A stretch of 64,000 bases of DNA, taken from Octopus sinensis (Eukaryota). The notes under the pieces were generated by a model. That model made no database searches. It was given only the letters and a program-made list of their open reading frames with translations, and was not told where the DNA came from. Within the stretch, counting starts at the first letter, position 1; the number at the start of each line of letters is the position of its first letter. Location of the stretch: NCBI RefSeq assembly GCF_006345805.1, contig NC_043003.1, positions 77,810,001-77,874,000 on the forward strand. The letters run 5' to 3'. The position numbers were made by a program, and so were the translations under genes. Positions 52,924 through 64,000 of this stretch are shown here, in pieces.

Positions 52924-53369
52924 CATATATATTTACATATATATATATACATGCATACATACATACATATATATACACACATATATATATATGTATGTGT
53001 ACATATATGCATGCATATATATATGTATGTACACTCTATATATCTCTTTCAATATATGAATGCATATAGATAAAAAAGATGTAGATATATAGATAATGTA
53101 AAGGATAAATAAAAACCTGAAAGTGGGGGGAAAAGGCGTATCACCTACATCAGAATGAAAATACCCTGATGTAATATGCACTTTTTCCAACAATCCGTCC
53201 TATCCAGATGTCGTCATAAAGGCAGCAATCTTTATTATATATGACACAAAAGAATGTACAGTAGCTGATCTGGCTACGTCAGTTTCAGTGTCAGAGCCAT
53301 CCCTATCAACATGCAAGACCACCACAGCCAATGGATCCCACTTGCACCAGCCCAGATGTCACATTGCTA

Positions 53370-55215
53370 CTCTTACTAAACATTAGATGATTGTCAGAAT
53401 TTAGTAACAGAACCAAAATTCTCTTTCTGGGAGACTTGTGGCATGCAATCAAGCCTTATGCATAGCACTCACCGAAATGCACATAAAACCCGCAGATTCA
53501 GAAATACATATACTATATTATATTTATATATATTATATTACGCACCGACAGAAAAGACAGGAGCCATGGTGGAGTTGTAATGTACAGCCGTTAAGACGTC
53601 ATGTTTCAGGTCCACTTGTCATTCTCAAACTCGGACTGTGGCACACTAGTACATTTAAGACAACTCGATAGATGCACTGCTTATCGCCCCCGATACTCCA
53701 AATCACATGGTTTTATTTGAGGACTACCTTACAAAAGGTAGTAGAAGTCCTAACCAAATTAGAACAGCACATCAGTGTACTTCTCATGGAAGACATCAAT
53801 CTGCCCAACGTAGGATTGCCTGAGTGCCTCTTCCTCTCAGGAATGATGCTGTGTGAACAAAGACAGGTGGAGTCCCTGCTCAACCTTACCAACACATTAT
53901 ACATGGAGCAAGTAGTAGTTTAACTAACCAGGGCAAGCAATATACTTAATTTCTGCTTCAGTAACAACACGGATCTCATCCATAATGTGAAATTACACCG
54001 ACGTTAGTCTCAGATCATAATACAATAGAGCTAACTATGTAGGGACCAAAGGAATCCAGAGACATTCAGCCTGAGGACTAGCCAAAATTTATTCAATATA
54101 AACTTCCATAAAACAGACTGGAAATCGATTGAAAAGAGATCATCAAACAAGACTGGCCTCTCCACACCTGTCATCGACATGAACTCAAAGAATTCCAGTT
54201 TGTATCGCAAGCTATATGCGACAAGTTTGTCCCAGAGAGAAAGGCTACTGTACATAAAGAAAAAAATCCCCAGGGAGAGGAAAGTTCTTATCAGACGGCG
54301 TACAAATTGCAAACCGCCTAAATAGAGAACTCAAAAGCAGTGACAAATTTCGCCAGAAAATACTGCTGGATTTTGAGAAAAGTCTGAAACACTCCTATGA
54401 AAGAGAGAGAGCAGAAACCTAGGTTGTAAAAAAAAATAAAATAAAACCCTAAAGCCTTCTTTAAGTATGTCAAAGAAACTGCTTCCATGCGTTTCAGGAT
54501 AGGGCCATTCCTCCAAAAAGATGATTCTCTTAAGGAAAACTTAATGAGGATAAGTGAAACACTGATTTAACAATTCAAAAGAGTTTTCACCCCATCCCTT
54601 ACGGTACATGCAAGTCAGCAATTCTTAACCACCACAGATGTAAAATGGGAGGCACTAACAATTAATTATATCGACATCAAAGAAAATTTAATACTGAGGT
54701 AGGCTCAAACTTAGCTGCTGCCTCTATGGATTCTCAGCAATTCTTCCCAGATCATGCAAACAAACCCTTGCAAAACTATTGCAGCTTCTTTTTCAGAGCT
54801 TCCTTGCAAGTAGTAAGCTCCCAGACAAATTGAAGGAGGGAATAATATGCCCTATCTATAAAGAAAGAAGCTGGGCATATGCTAAAAAAACTATAGGCCC
54901 ATCTCTGTGTCTTCACACATAAGCAAAGTCGTAGAACGAACAGGCAGAAGGAAACGAATTCCATTCCTTCATGAAAACGACTAGCTGACTGACTCTCAGT
55001 ATGGTTTTCAATCAGGTAGAAGCTGACACAGATTTTATAGCACTACGACTGGGTGTTAAAGCATCGGCTCAACAACTCAAATGCGAACGTGATATATCTC
55101 GACTTTGCAAAAACCTTTGATAAAGTCGACTGTAGTATATGTTGCAAGCTGCATGATCTCGGCAAAGTCAGATAACTTGAAGTGTGGCTACACGACTTTC
55201 TAAAAGAAAGGACTT
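53370..55215 (+). pseudogene. Older decayed CR1-group ORF2 (APE endonuclease through RT N-terminal half)
   Basis: CIALTEMHIKP...RTDRKDRSHGGVV; LLMEDINLPN; YLDFAKTFDKVD; collinear with 6836-7820. Confidence 0.85.
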
Positions 55216-55349
55216 TGAGTGAGTTCTTCAATGTGGTTTTTTTTCCGCGGGGTTGACTTGAGGGGAGTATTTATGATATTATCTCACTAGTGGCGATTAG
55301 TGACCTGTGACCACACTCTCCAGCACTTCACAGGGTCGTCTGAATATGT

Positions 55350-55401
<52 letters not shown>

Positions 55402-55671
55402 ATATACACACATATATGTATATATGCATGCATGTATATGTATGTGTATGTGCATATATACACAGCTGCATAAGTATACAAATATGCATGCAGCTGTATA
55501 TGTATGCACCAATGTATATATGTATGTGTGTGGACACAGAGTTTGGGATGCAGTTTAGAGATTGCGTAAAAAGAAGGAAAACAATATCTCATTAAAAAAT
55601 AAAAATATTTTAAAACATCAAAAGTGAATCGATCCCAGTACTTTTTTTTGTTTGACCTAATACTTATTCTA

Positions 55672-56010
55672 CCGGTCCCTTTTGCCTAACCGCTAAAGTT
55701 ACGGGGATGTAAGCATATCAACACCGGTTGTCGAACAGCGATGGGGGACAAATATACACACTCACACATACACACACACACACACACAAAAAACACACAC
55801 GCACATACATACACACATGTATATATCTATACATATACACATAACGGGCTTCTTTCAGTTTCCGTTTACCGAATCCACTCACAAGACTTCGACGTTTGGT
55901 CGGCCAGAGGATAAATGAGAAGACACTTGTCCAAGATGCCACGCCGTACGACTGAACTCGGAACCAATTGGGTGGGAGGCAAGCGTCTTACCACACTGCC
56001 ACTCTTGTGC
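55672..56010 (-). mobile_element. Family A SINE, 3'-truncated
   Basis: Reverse complement of head, CORE-like segment, internal CA repeat and CTTAGCGGT segment. Confidence 0.88.
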
Positions 56011-56497
56011 CTATGCATTTATGTACATAAACGTACTTAACTATTAATCGTGTCGGACATAACATACAAATGAAAAGATGATGACTGTATCCAGTTCATC
56101 TTTCACAAAATTACGTTGGCACTTCTAATCCGTAATAGTATAGCATGTGGTTTTCTAATTTAATAATTAGATAGCGCAAAACTAATTACGCTTGTCGCAA
56201 TTCGAAATAACCTTGAAATGTGTAAATGTAACACGAAAGCTAAGCTATTAAACAATAGAGGGTTAAAAGGCTATCCGTGACAAGTTGCTTTTAAATTAAA
56301 TTATACAAGGATGTGAAAAGTTGTACTGTTGATATATTTTAAAGTATAATCAGCTAAGTCATTTTCTTGACACATTCTCTGAGACACAAATATTGATGCA
56401 TCAGCGAAACTTATTCTAGCAGCTTAAAGAGAGAATTAGTCAACATGAACAACAGAAATATATTTATCAGAAAATACAAAAGAAAACAATAATAATA

Positions 56498-56712
56498 ATC
56501 CTTTCTACTATAGGTACAAGGGCCGAAATTTTGGGGTAGGGGTGTTTAGCGGATTACATCAAGCCAAGTGTACCACCGGTGCTTGTTTTATCGACCCTTA
56601 AAGGATAAAAGGCGAAGTCGACTTCAGCGGCATTTGAACTCAGAAAGTAAAATAGGAAGAAATTCCGCATCGCATTTTGTCCGGCGTGCTAACGACTCTG
56701 CTACCTCGCAAC
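56498..56712 (-). mobile_element. Family B SINE
   Basis: AAAGGATAAAAGGCGAAGTCGACTTCAGCGGCATTTGAACTCAG. Confidence 0.85.
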
Positions 56713-56718
56713 TCTAAA

Positions 56719-56720
<2 letters not shown>

Positions 56721-56758
<38 letters not shown>

Positions 56759-56778
56759 TAATAATAATAATAATAATA

Positions 56779-56832
<54 letters not shown>

Positions 56833-56924
56833 GTGATGATGATGGTGATGGTGGTGGTGGTGGTGGTGGTGGTGGTGGTGGTGGTGGTGGTGATGATTGG
56901 TGGTGGTGATGGTGGTGGTGATGG

Positions 56925-56961
<37 letters not shown>
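56721..56961. repeat. Compound triplet microsatellite (TAA)n-(GAT)n-(GGT)n-(GAT)n
   Basis: Direct reading. Confidence 0.95.
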
Positions 56962-57010
56962 AGGGAATTATAAAATGGCAAAAGAGAGAAATGAAGAAAA
57001 TGTTGGGTGG

Positions 57011-57513
57011 GGGTTAATGCAATTTCGCACCTCTCCCTTGAAAGTTTTTTTTTCAGATTCCTACGTTATAGATGTCGGAGATTATGAATATGCAAAAAAA
57101 AAGTTATGGATGAAAAAGTTCAAAATTTAAAATTGGGGGAGGGGGAAAACTTGAGCCCCTTATTAAACTATATAACATTAATTATTAAATATTAATGTTT
57201 GTTTCTCATAAAATGGTGTATATTTAATTTACATTATATTATTATTTATGATTATTTAAGTCAAACAAGTAAAACGCAAATTCTTTTCACTTTAATGTTC
57301 TTGTCTGTATTTGATTTCGATTTGCATATGTTCGTCAATTCGCTACGATCTATTTAAAGTAAACAACATAAAATATTTTAATAGGAGTGGGGAAGAGGTA
57401 AGGAGTGAAATTTTGAAAAATTTTCTTTTTGCATATTCGTAATCTCCGACATCTAAAACATAGGAATTTTTTAATGCATTTCTCGAGGAGAGGTGTGAAA
57501 CTACATTAGTCCC
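57011..57513. mobile_element. MITE with ~110-bp imperfect terminal inverted repeats
   Basis: GGGTTAATGCAATTTCGCACCTCTCC...TAGATGTCGGAGATTATGAATATGCAAAAA mirrored at ~57405-57513. Confidence 0.7.
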
Positions 57514-57514
57514 G

Positions 57515-58655
57515 AAAATGGATACCAAGACCAGAAAAACGTTGACAATATACGGAGCCTTCCACCCTAATAGTGACACCGATAGGCTGTATTTGTCCAG
57601 AAGAAAGAATGGGAAAGGTTCGATCAGTTGCCAGGACTGTATCGAAGCAGAGGAAAACAGCTTAGGGTGGTATGCAAAAAATGCCGTGGAGCCACTGTTG
57701 AAGCACACAAAGAAGGCCGGCGTCATAAAAACTGAAAGTTGTATAACTAAAGAAAAATTTAAACAAGAAATGAACAAAAAATAAAGAAAAGACCATGGAA
57801 GGAAAAGAAAATGTACGGTCAGTTTGCAAGAGATGTGAACGTCAAGACAGGTACAGAGGACCGGTGGCTGTGGATGAGGAGGAGTGACCTAAAGATAGAG
57901 ACGAAAACACTCATATGCGCAGCTCAGGAACAAGCGTTAAGGACCAACTATATGAAGTGCAGAGTAGACAACACTATCGATAGCGACATATGCAGAATGT
58001 GTGGTGAGAGGGGTGAAACAGTATGGCACATCATTAGCGAATGCTCGAAATTGGCACAACGCAAATACGAAGGACGCCATGACAATGTGACAAGAATGGT
58101 CCATTGGGATCTCTGTGGAAATCACGGCCAACTAAAAAAGCAAAGACGTGATATGGGCAAATTCCAGAAGTCACCGAAAATGAGAATTGCAAGATCCTGC
58201 GGGATGCAATGATCCAGTGCGATTACCCGACCAGACATCGGAAACCGGACATTGTTCTGGTTAATAGAAAAGAAAGAACATGTATGATAATCGACACAGC
58301 ATGCCCCGGTGACAACAGAATCAATGTGAAAAATAAAAAAATAAACAACTATGACGATTTGAAGTGGGAAATACGAAGGTTGTGATCAATGAGGGGGGTA
58401 GACGAGATACCAATAGTAATTGGTGCACTTAGAAGTATCAGCACTCAACTACCAACATATGCTGAGAAAGATTGGTGCAAGTGTGAAGGTAGAACACCAA
58501 CAAAAATCAGCATTGCTTGGAACTGCAAGAATTCTTCGCAGGGTTCTTGAAGCATGACCAGTAAGCAAGTGCTACCTTAGTCTATTGGCTGTGGAGAGCT
58601 GACACTTTCCATCATTCCCAGCAAAATAAGCTGTGAGTTTTCATATAATAATAAA
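57515..58655 (+). mobile_element. 5'-truncated R4/Dong-clade LINE (post-RT, CCHC, restriction-like endonuclease)
   Basis: HPNSDTDRLYLSR; AAQEQAL; CRMCGERGETVWHIISEC; RHD; KPDIV...IIDTACP; PIVIGAL; short ATAATAATA tail. Confidence 0.92.
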
Positions 58656-58656
58656 T

Positions 58657-59198
58657 ATGGCTATGGTGCATGTATCTGGTGTACCATTGCTCTGATGCAG
58701 TACAAGGCACCGGCTCTCATAGCTTCCGATCTTAAATGATTGGAAGTGTTATCGTGTACATGTTTTGTCTTGGTATTAAAGATGGGCTACAGCACATATT
58801 CTGCTCAATATCACACATTTGCTTGTCAGTTACTTGACCTTAACCAGCTGAGTATGCCCATTGGTGGCTGACGATATGTGCATCTCTGATCACGAGCAGA
58901 AGTAGTGAGAGAGCATTACAGCCATGTGTTGAGAGGGATTCTTTGGAGTTTGAATAATCCACCCCTGGAAACATGGGTGTTTCGTTCAACATCCTTACAC
59001 AAAATTCAGGGACATTTTGAGCCGGATGGGCTACTCGACCTGATGAAAATTCTAACTGGGCCCCACCTGCAAGGTCATATGCAGTTTATCTTGCTATGAG
59101 ATCATCATGTCGCGCACATATGGTTGTGATTTATGTACCCGGTGTACCCTTATCAGACGGATAGTCATGATGGGTAAACTGGGCTTTGTATATTTTAC
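58657..59198 (+). mobile_element. Element X, longer copy directly after the Dong tail
   Basis: Homologous to the reverse complement of 11048-11493. Confidence 0.75.
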
Positions 59199-59671
59199 GT
59201 TAAGTATCGGGATTGATACAAATTAGTGATTTTCAAACGGGTTCCACAAGGCCCTTGAGAGTCCATATAAGATTTTGTTGCCAAAGTCTATGTGCAATAA
59301 ATTGGTTCTACTTCTACAATACAGAAAATATTTTAACAATTTTCTTCATAGAATTCCTAATAATATTTAATTATAAAAATATAATAGGATTTTTTTTAGA
59401 CATCGAATGACTGTGAGTGTCCACCCGAGTGAAATAGGAATCAAATGGATCCGTAGGCAAATAAAAGGGGGTGAGAAACACTGATATAGATGATTATACA
59501 TTTTTAGTCCGAAATGTGAAGTTTCATATCTATGCTAGAAATCAATATTATAGAATATTTTTAAAATACAGAACCTAAACAAATAAAATACCTGTCCTGC
59601 CATGTAAATACTGCCGTGTGGACAGTTTTGCTTCAGTCTTTCTTTTCTGTCTAACGGTTACGTTTCTCTAC

Positions 59672-59850
59672 AATATTAATTTCAAATTTTGGCTCAAGGC
59701 CGGTAAGTGTAGGGGAGGGCATAAGTCGATTCCATCGACCCCCAGCACTCAACTGCCACTTATTTTATCGACCTCGAAAGGATGAAAGGCAAAGTCGACC
59801 TCGACAGAATTTGAACTCGGCGTGCTAACGATTCTGCCAGCTCGCTGCCT
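59672..59850 (-). mobile_element. Family B SINE with an internal deletion
   Basis: GAAAGGATGAAAGGCAAAGTCGACCTCGACAGAATTTGAACTC. Confidence 0.85.
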
Positions 59851-60558
59851 TACGTTTACGTTCACTGTTGAACCACTAAGAGAAACTCTACTGTTTTAAT
59901 AAAATAAACGACACAGGTAATACCAACCGGCATATCTATAAATAAATAAAAAAAAGAAGAAAAAAGACAAGTGAGACTAGTTAGAATGTGTGTGATCATA
60001 GGACAGTCTGGGTAGCTGTGACAAGCTATCTCCAGGAGCAGAAGCTAATGTAATCGCGATTGAAGAGGAAGAGTGACAAGATTGGATGCTTGTGGTCAGA
60101 AAGGTAACTAATACACAATAGGGATCTGCGTGTATCTAAAGCAAGACTTCTCCAAACATTTTAATAGACAATAAACAGTGAAATAATGATAAAAAAAATA
60201 TCCAGAACTGAAAACACAGTATGGTGCACAAGAAATCAATTAGATTACCAATTAACCGCAATGACAGATATAATTTGCTAATTTTCGAAAATTAATCAGA
60301 TCCAAGAGATAATTCTTTCAGTCTTATAAGAATATTTCCTACAATCTTTTCGTCGGTATTTTTTTTATTTAATAACATCTAATATAACTCTAAATTGTTA
60401 TCAATTACTTCTCTTTAATTGCATTTATTTTCATTTTCTTGAATAATTATTGATGTTTGATTAAATTTTTAACAATATGCTGTAGTCATTTTTCTTTTAA
60501 CCACGATGTATAAATGTATATATATATATGTGCGTGTGTGTGTCTGTGTGTATGTATG

Positions 60559-60631
<73 letters not shown>

Positions 60632-60638
60632 TTGTGTG

Positions 60639-60686
<48 letters not shown>

Positions 60687-60726
60687 ATGTATGTATGTAC
60701 GTATGTATTATATACATATATATTAC

Positions 60727-60758
<32 letters not shown>

Positions 60759-61769
60759 CATACATACATACATACATACATACATACATACACACTTATG
60801 TGCGTGTGTCCAATGTTATTTAAAATTGTGGTATGTCTTACGGTAGTTTTGTGTAATTCCATACGTAATGATACAATTTACCATCGTTCAGATGGCAATT
60901 CTATATAATAGCAATCTTCCATTCTCTTTTTTAAGGCACTTGCTGTAACTTACTTAAAATCTCAGTATGCAGACAACATTCGAAATAAATCATTCAAAAC
61001 TAACATAAATCTCACTTTCATTTGCATGTTTGTCACCACAAACTTATAATTTCCATTTCATTTATCTCTCTAACTTACCACAAAGTATACAAACATCTCA
61101 TTTCGTGAAGGTATTGTATATTATCGTCTCAAAATCTCTGAATATTTGGATTTTTAAATATCCTATGTCCAAATTGAATATATACGGATGTGTACCTTCA
61201 ATTACCTAGACATATATAATTCAGTATATTTTTCCAAATAGAAAAAATAATAATAAAAGAGCAGAGATATGTATATACTGATATAAATATAATGGTATTT
61301 CTAATGTATAAAACGAAAAGATTTTAATAACTATTTTTTTAGTTTTTTTTCTGGTTTGGTAGTGAAGGACGTTTTATTTTGAACCATTTTATAAAGATTT
61401 GTTAGAAATCGCTAAGTTTCATTTTTTATCATTATTTATTGTAATTATTTTATCATTTTCTACAAGTTATATACAGAAATAACACGATTAACGCTCTAGA
61501 TACGTTCCTGAAAACGCAACGTTAAACGAAACAATACTATAGGGAGTAATTATAACATATTCATAGAGATACGAACTTCCTACGATGTCTTTAACAATGA
61601 TATCGCCATATGCTTGAAAAGTCAATGAACGTGCTGGTTTATCTTCCAAGCACTTAATAACTTTAGATAACTTTCACACTATAGGGTGCTATACATTGTG
61701 ATCTAAAGTTTTGAAGAAATTAGCACACAATATTAATTCATTATCTAATATTGCTATAGGTAGTAAACT

Positions 61770-62072
61770 GGCAAAATCGTTACTGCGCAGGGCAAAATGC
61801 TTAGCGGCACTTTCTCTGTCTTGATGACCTGAGTTCAAGTTCCGCCGAGTTTGACTTTAAGGCGGCGAGCTGGCAGAACCGTTAGCACGCCGGGGAAAAT
61901 GTTATCGGCATGTTATCCGTCTTTACGTTCTGAGTTTAAATTCCGCCCAGGTCGATTTTGCCTTTCATCTTTTCGGGATCGATAAAATAAGTACCAGTTG
62001 AGTATTGGGGTTGATGTAATCGACTTATGCTCTTTCCTGAATTTGCCGATCTTGTGTCAAAATTTGAAACCA
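61770..62072 (+). mobile_element. Family B SINE preceded by a truncated second head
   Basis: Two heads (~61770 and 61859) and one body. Confidence 0.85.
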
Positions 62073-62439
62073 TTTTCTAGTATTATTATATAATTATCAA
62101 ACAGTTTAGTACACAGACTTGCTTACCATTAATTCAGTTGAAAAGCGACTGAGAGAAACAGGACAAAAGATGCTAGATCTGGGATGAGGATTTAAGCTAT
62201 GGTTCTTCCTCACATATCTGTGGACTCCCGGTTAGTCATTCTCAATAAACTGGTCTACAATTTCCTCGGTTTGGTGATGACATTACAGCCCTGATTCTTT
62301 TTAATGTGTTAGTTCAACTCTAGGATCTTCAGGAATTTTCGGACTTGTTACTGTGCTAACTCCTGTAGCTCTTCAATTGATAAACTGTGACTGAAACTGT
62401 TTCAGTACCTCGAAACTATCCGTTTTGATAGTTTACATT

Positions 62440-62760
62440 CTTTCTTCATTGTCAACCAACGATCGGAGAGTTGCCTCTCCAACAGCTGGCAACTTTCTGC
62501 TAATGCTACTAACCCGTCACATTATCCAACAGTTGGTGAGTTGCCTACACCAATTGTTGAATGTTTGTTTTTACCAAAACTTGGAGAGTTGATTTCACCA
62601 ACATTTGGAGAGTGACTGCTACTGCTATTAACATAATGCCGTCACATCATCCAACAGATGGTGAGTTAACCTAAAGCAACATCTGGATGTTTGTTTACAC
62701 CAACGCTTAGAGAGTCGATTGTACCAACATTTAGAGAGTGACTGCTACTACTAACATAAC
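62440..62760. repeat. Degenerate 125-bp tandem repeat built from ~21-bp subunits
   Basis: GTCACAT(T/C)ATCCAACAG(T/A)TGGTGAGTT at 62516 and 62641; recurring CCAAC..TTGG(A/T)GAG subunits. Confidence 0.75.
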
Positions 62761-62949
62761 GCTGAGGAATTTGAATAGGCTAACGGAACTAGTATAACTA
62801 GATATTTCCCAGACTGATTTTCTTCTGAGGATGAGCCTTCGCGCCTGAAATATAAAGGTTTTATGAAACTTACCGCATTATCAGAAGCTTTCCTATTTTC
62901 CCTTTCCCCTTCTGATATATGTATATAATTATGAACAAAGTGATTCGGA

Positions 62950-63472
62950 AATTGATGTTCTGGATCGGAACAAGTGGAGAGGTACTATTAGGGATGGATT
63001 CAACGCATGGGAGGAAAGCATGATTCACCACTCTGAGCTTAAAAGGTCTGCCGCAAAGGAACAATTAGAACTGAAATCAACAGTGAACATTGGATATGTT
63101 TTGTATCATCGTGTTCTGTGAATCATATGAAAGCACATGAAAATCGAAATGCCCGGGTAGGTAATAATCTTGAACCCCCAACCGCCTCTTGCGAATTATG
63201 TCATATGTCACAAAAGTTGGAAGACAATATCTGGACTTAAAAGACATGCTAGCTCACAAAAACATTCCTTCAAAATCAGATTCTAAAGGGCAAAGATGTA
63301 GAAGAAACTTGAATAATATGCCATTTGCGTTTTAGATCCTGTCAGTCAGCAGTTGGTCTTAAAAATCATCTGAGGGCTCATCAACGGAGTGATTGTGTTG
63401 TGTGATGGGGTGTGGTATGTAGGTTGATGGGACGACTATCATCTGTCAAGATGAAGCAATCATCATATATAC
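62950..63472 (+). mobile_element. RTE-clade LINE 3' end remnant with decayed C2H2-like C-terminus
   Basis: DRNKWRGTIRDG; CHKSWKTISGLKRH; GLKNHLRAHQRS; ends ...GCAATCATCAT. Confidence 0.65.
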
Positions 63473-63562
<90 letters not shown>

Positions 63563-63588
63563 GTATATATATATATATATATACATTA

Positions 63589-63666
<78 letters not shown>

Positions 63667-64000
63667 TAATACATACAAACATAAATACCTGGTTGATGTT
63701 GAAACCGGTTCTTTCTCTATTGGCACGAAATCTTGAAATAAGCTAAATAATGACATACGTACATACATACATACATACAATCCTGACTGTCACCCTTACA
63801 CACATGATCAAGCCTATGGACAAGTGTTCCGGGTGCATCTTTGCTTGACTCTCAGCTTCATCCTCCATCTTAAATGTTAGCTAGACGGTATCAAACATTG
63901 CTCTACTCTTTGTTATCAGCTTGGACTTTCCTTAACTGGTCTTTTAAGAGTATGGAAAAGATGCCTGCCTCCTTTTGTCAGTCAGAGATACATTAATTTT

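Noticed and set aside
62440-62760. CRISPR-like repeat-spacer pattern
   Set aside because: Units are degenerate tandem repeats without unique spacers; eukaryotic context, no cas genes

Overview
AT-rich, microsatellite-saturated metazoan non-coding DNA. The SINE families and repeat landscape suggest an octopod cephalopod; this is an inference from remembered repeat types, not a database result. I found no host protein-coding exon, rRNA, true tRNA gene or CRISPR array. Most ORF-track entries are translations of (TA)n/(CA)n/(GATA)n/(TAA)n repeats. The window is largely decayed transposable elements: CR1-type LINEs (one with a continuous RT frame broken by only two stops), R4/Dong-type RLE LINE fragments on (TAA)n tracts, L1/Tx1 and RTE remnants, a Buster-type hAT, several mariner/DD37D elements and MITEs, a non-autonomous Helitron and many tRNA-derived SINEs. 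The most interesting region is 50.0-52.8 kb. It is a 1.44-kb tandem duplication; each unit holds a 490-nt terminally redundant, partly inverted non-coding element with a type I hammerhead ribozyme (Penelope-pLTR/retrozyme-like), plus a 456-bp foldback element. More decayed hammerhead-like motifs lie at ~1.6 kb (just after a GIY-YIG remnant), ~36.7 kb and ~62.8 kb. Boundaries of decayed elements are approximate.
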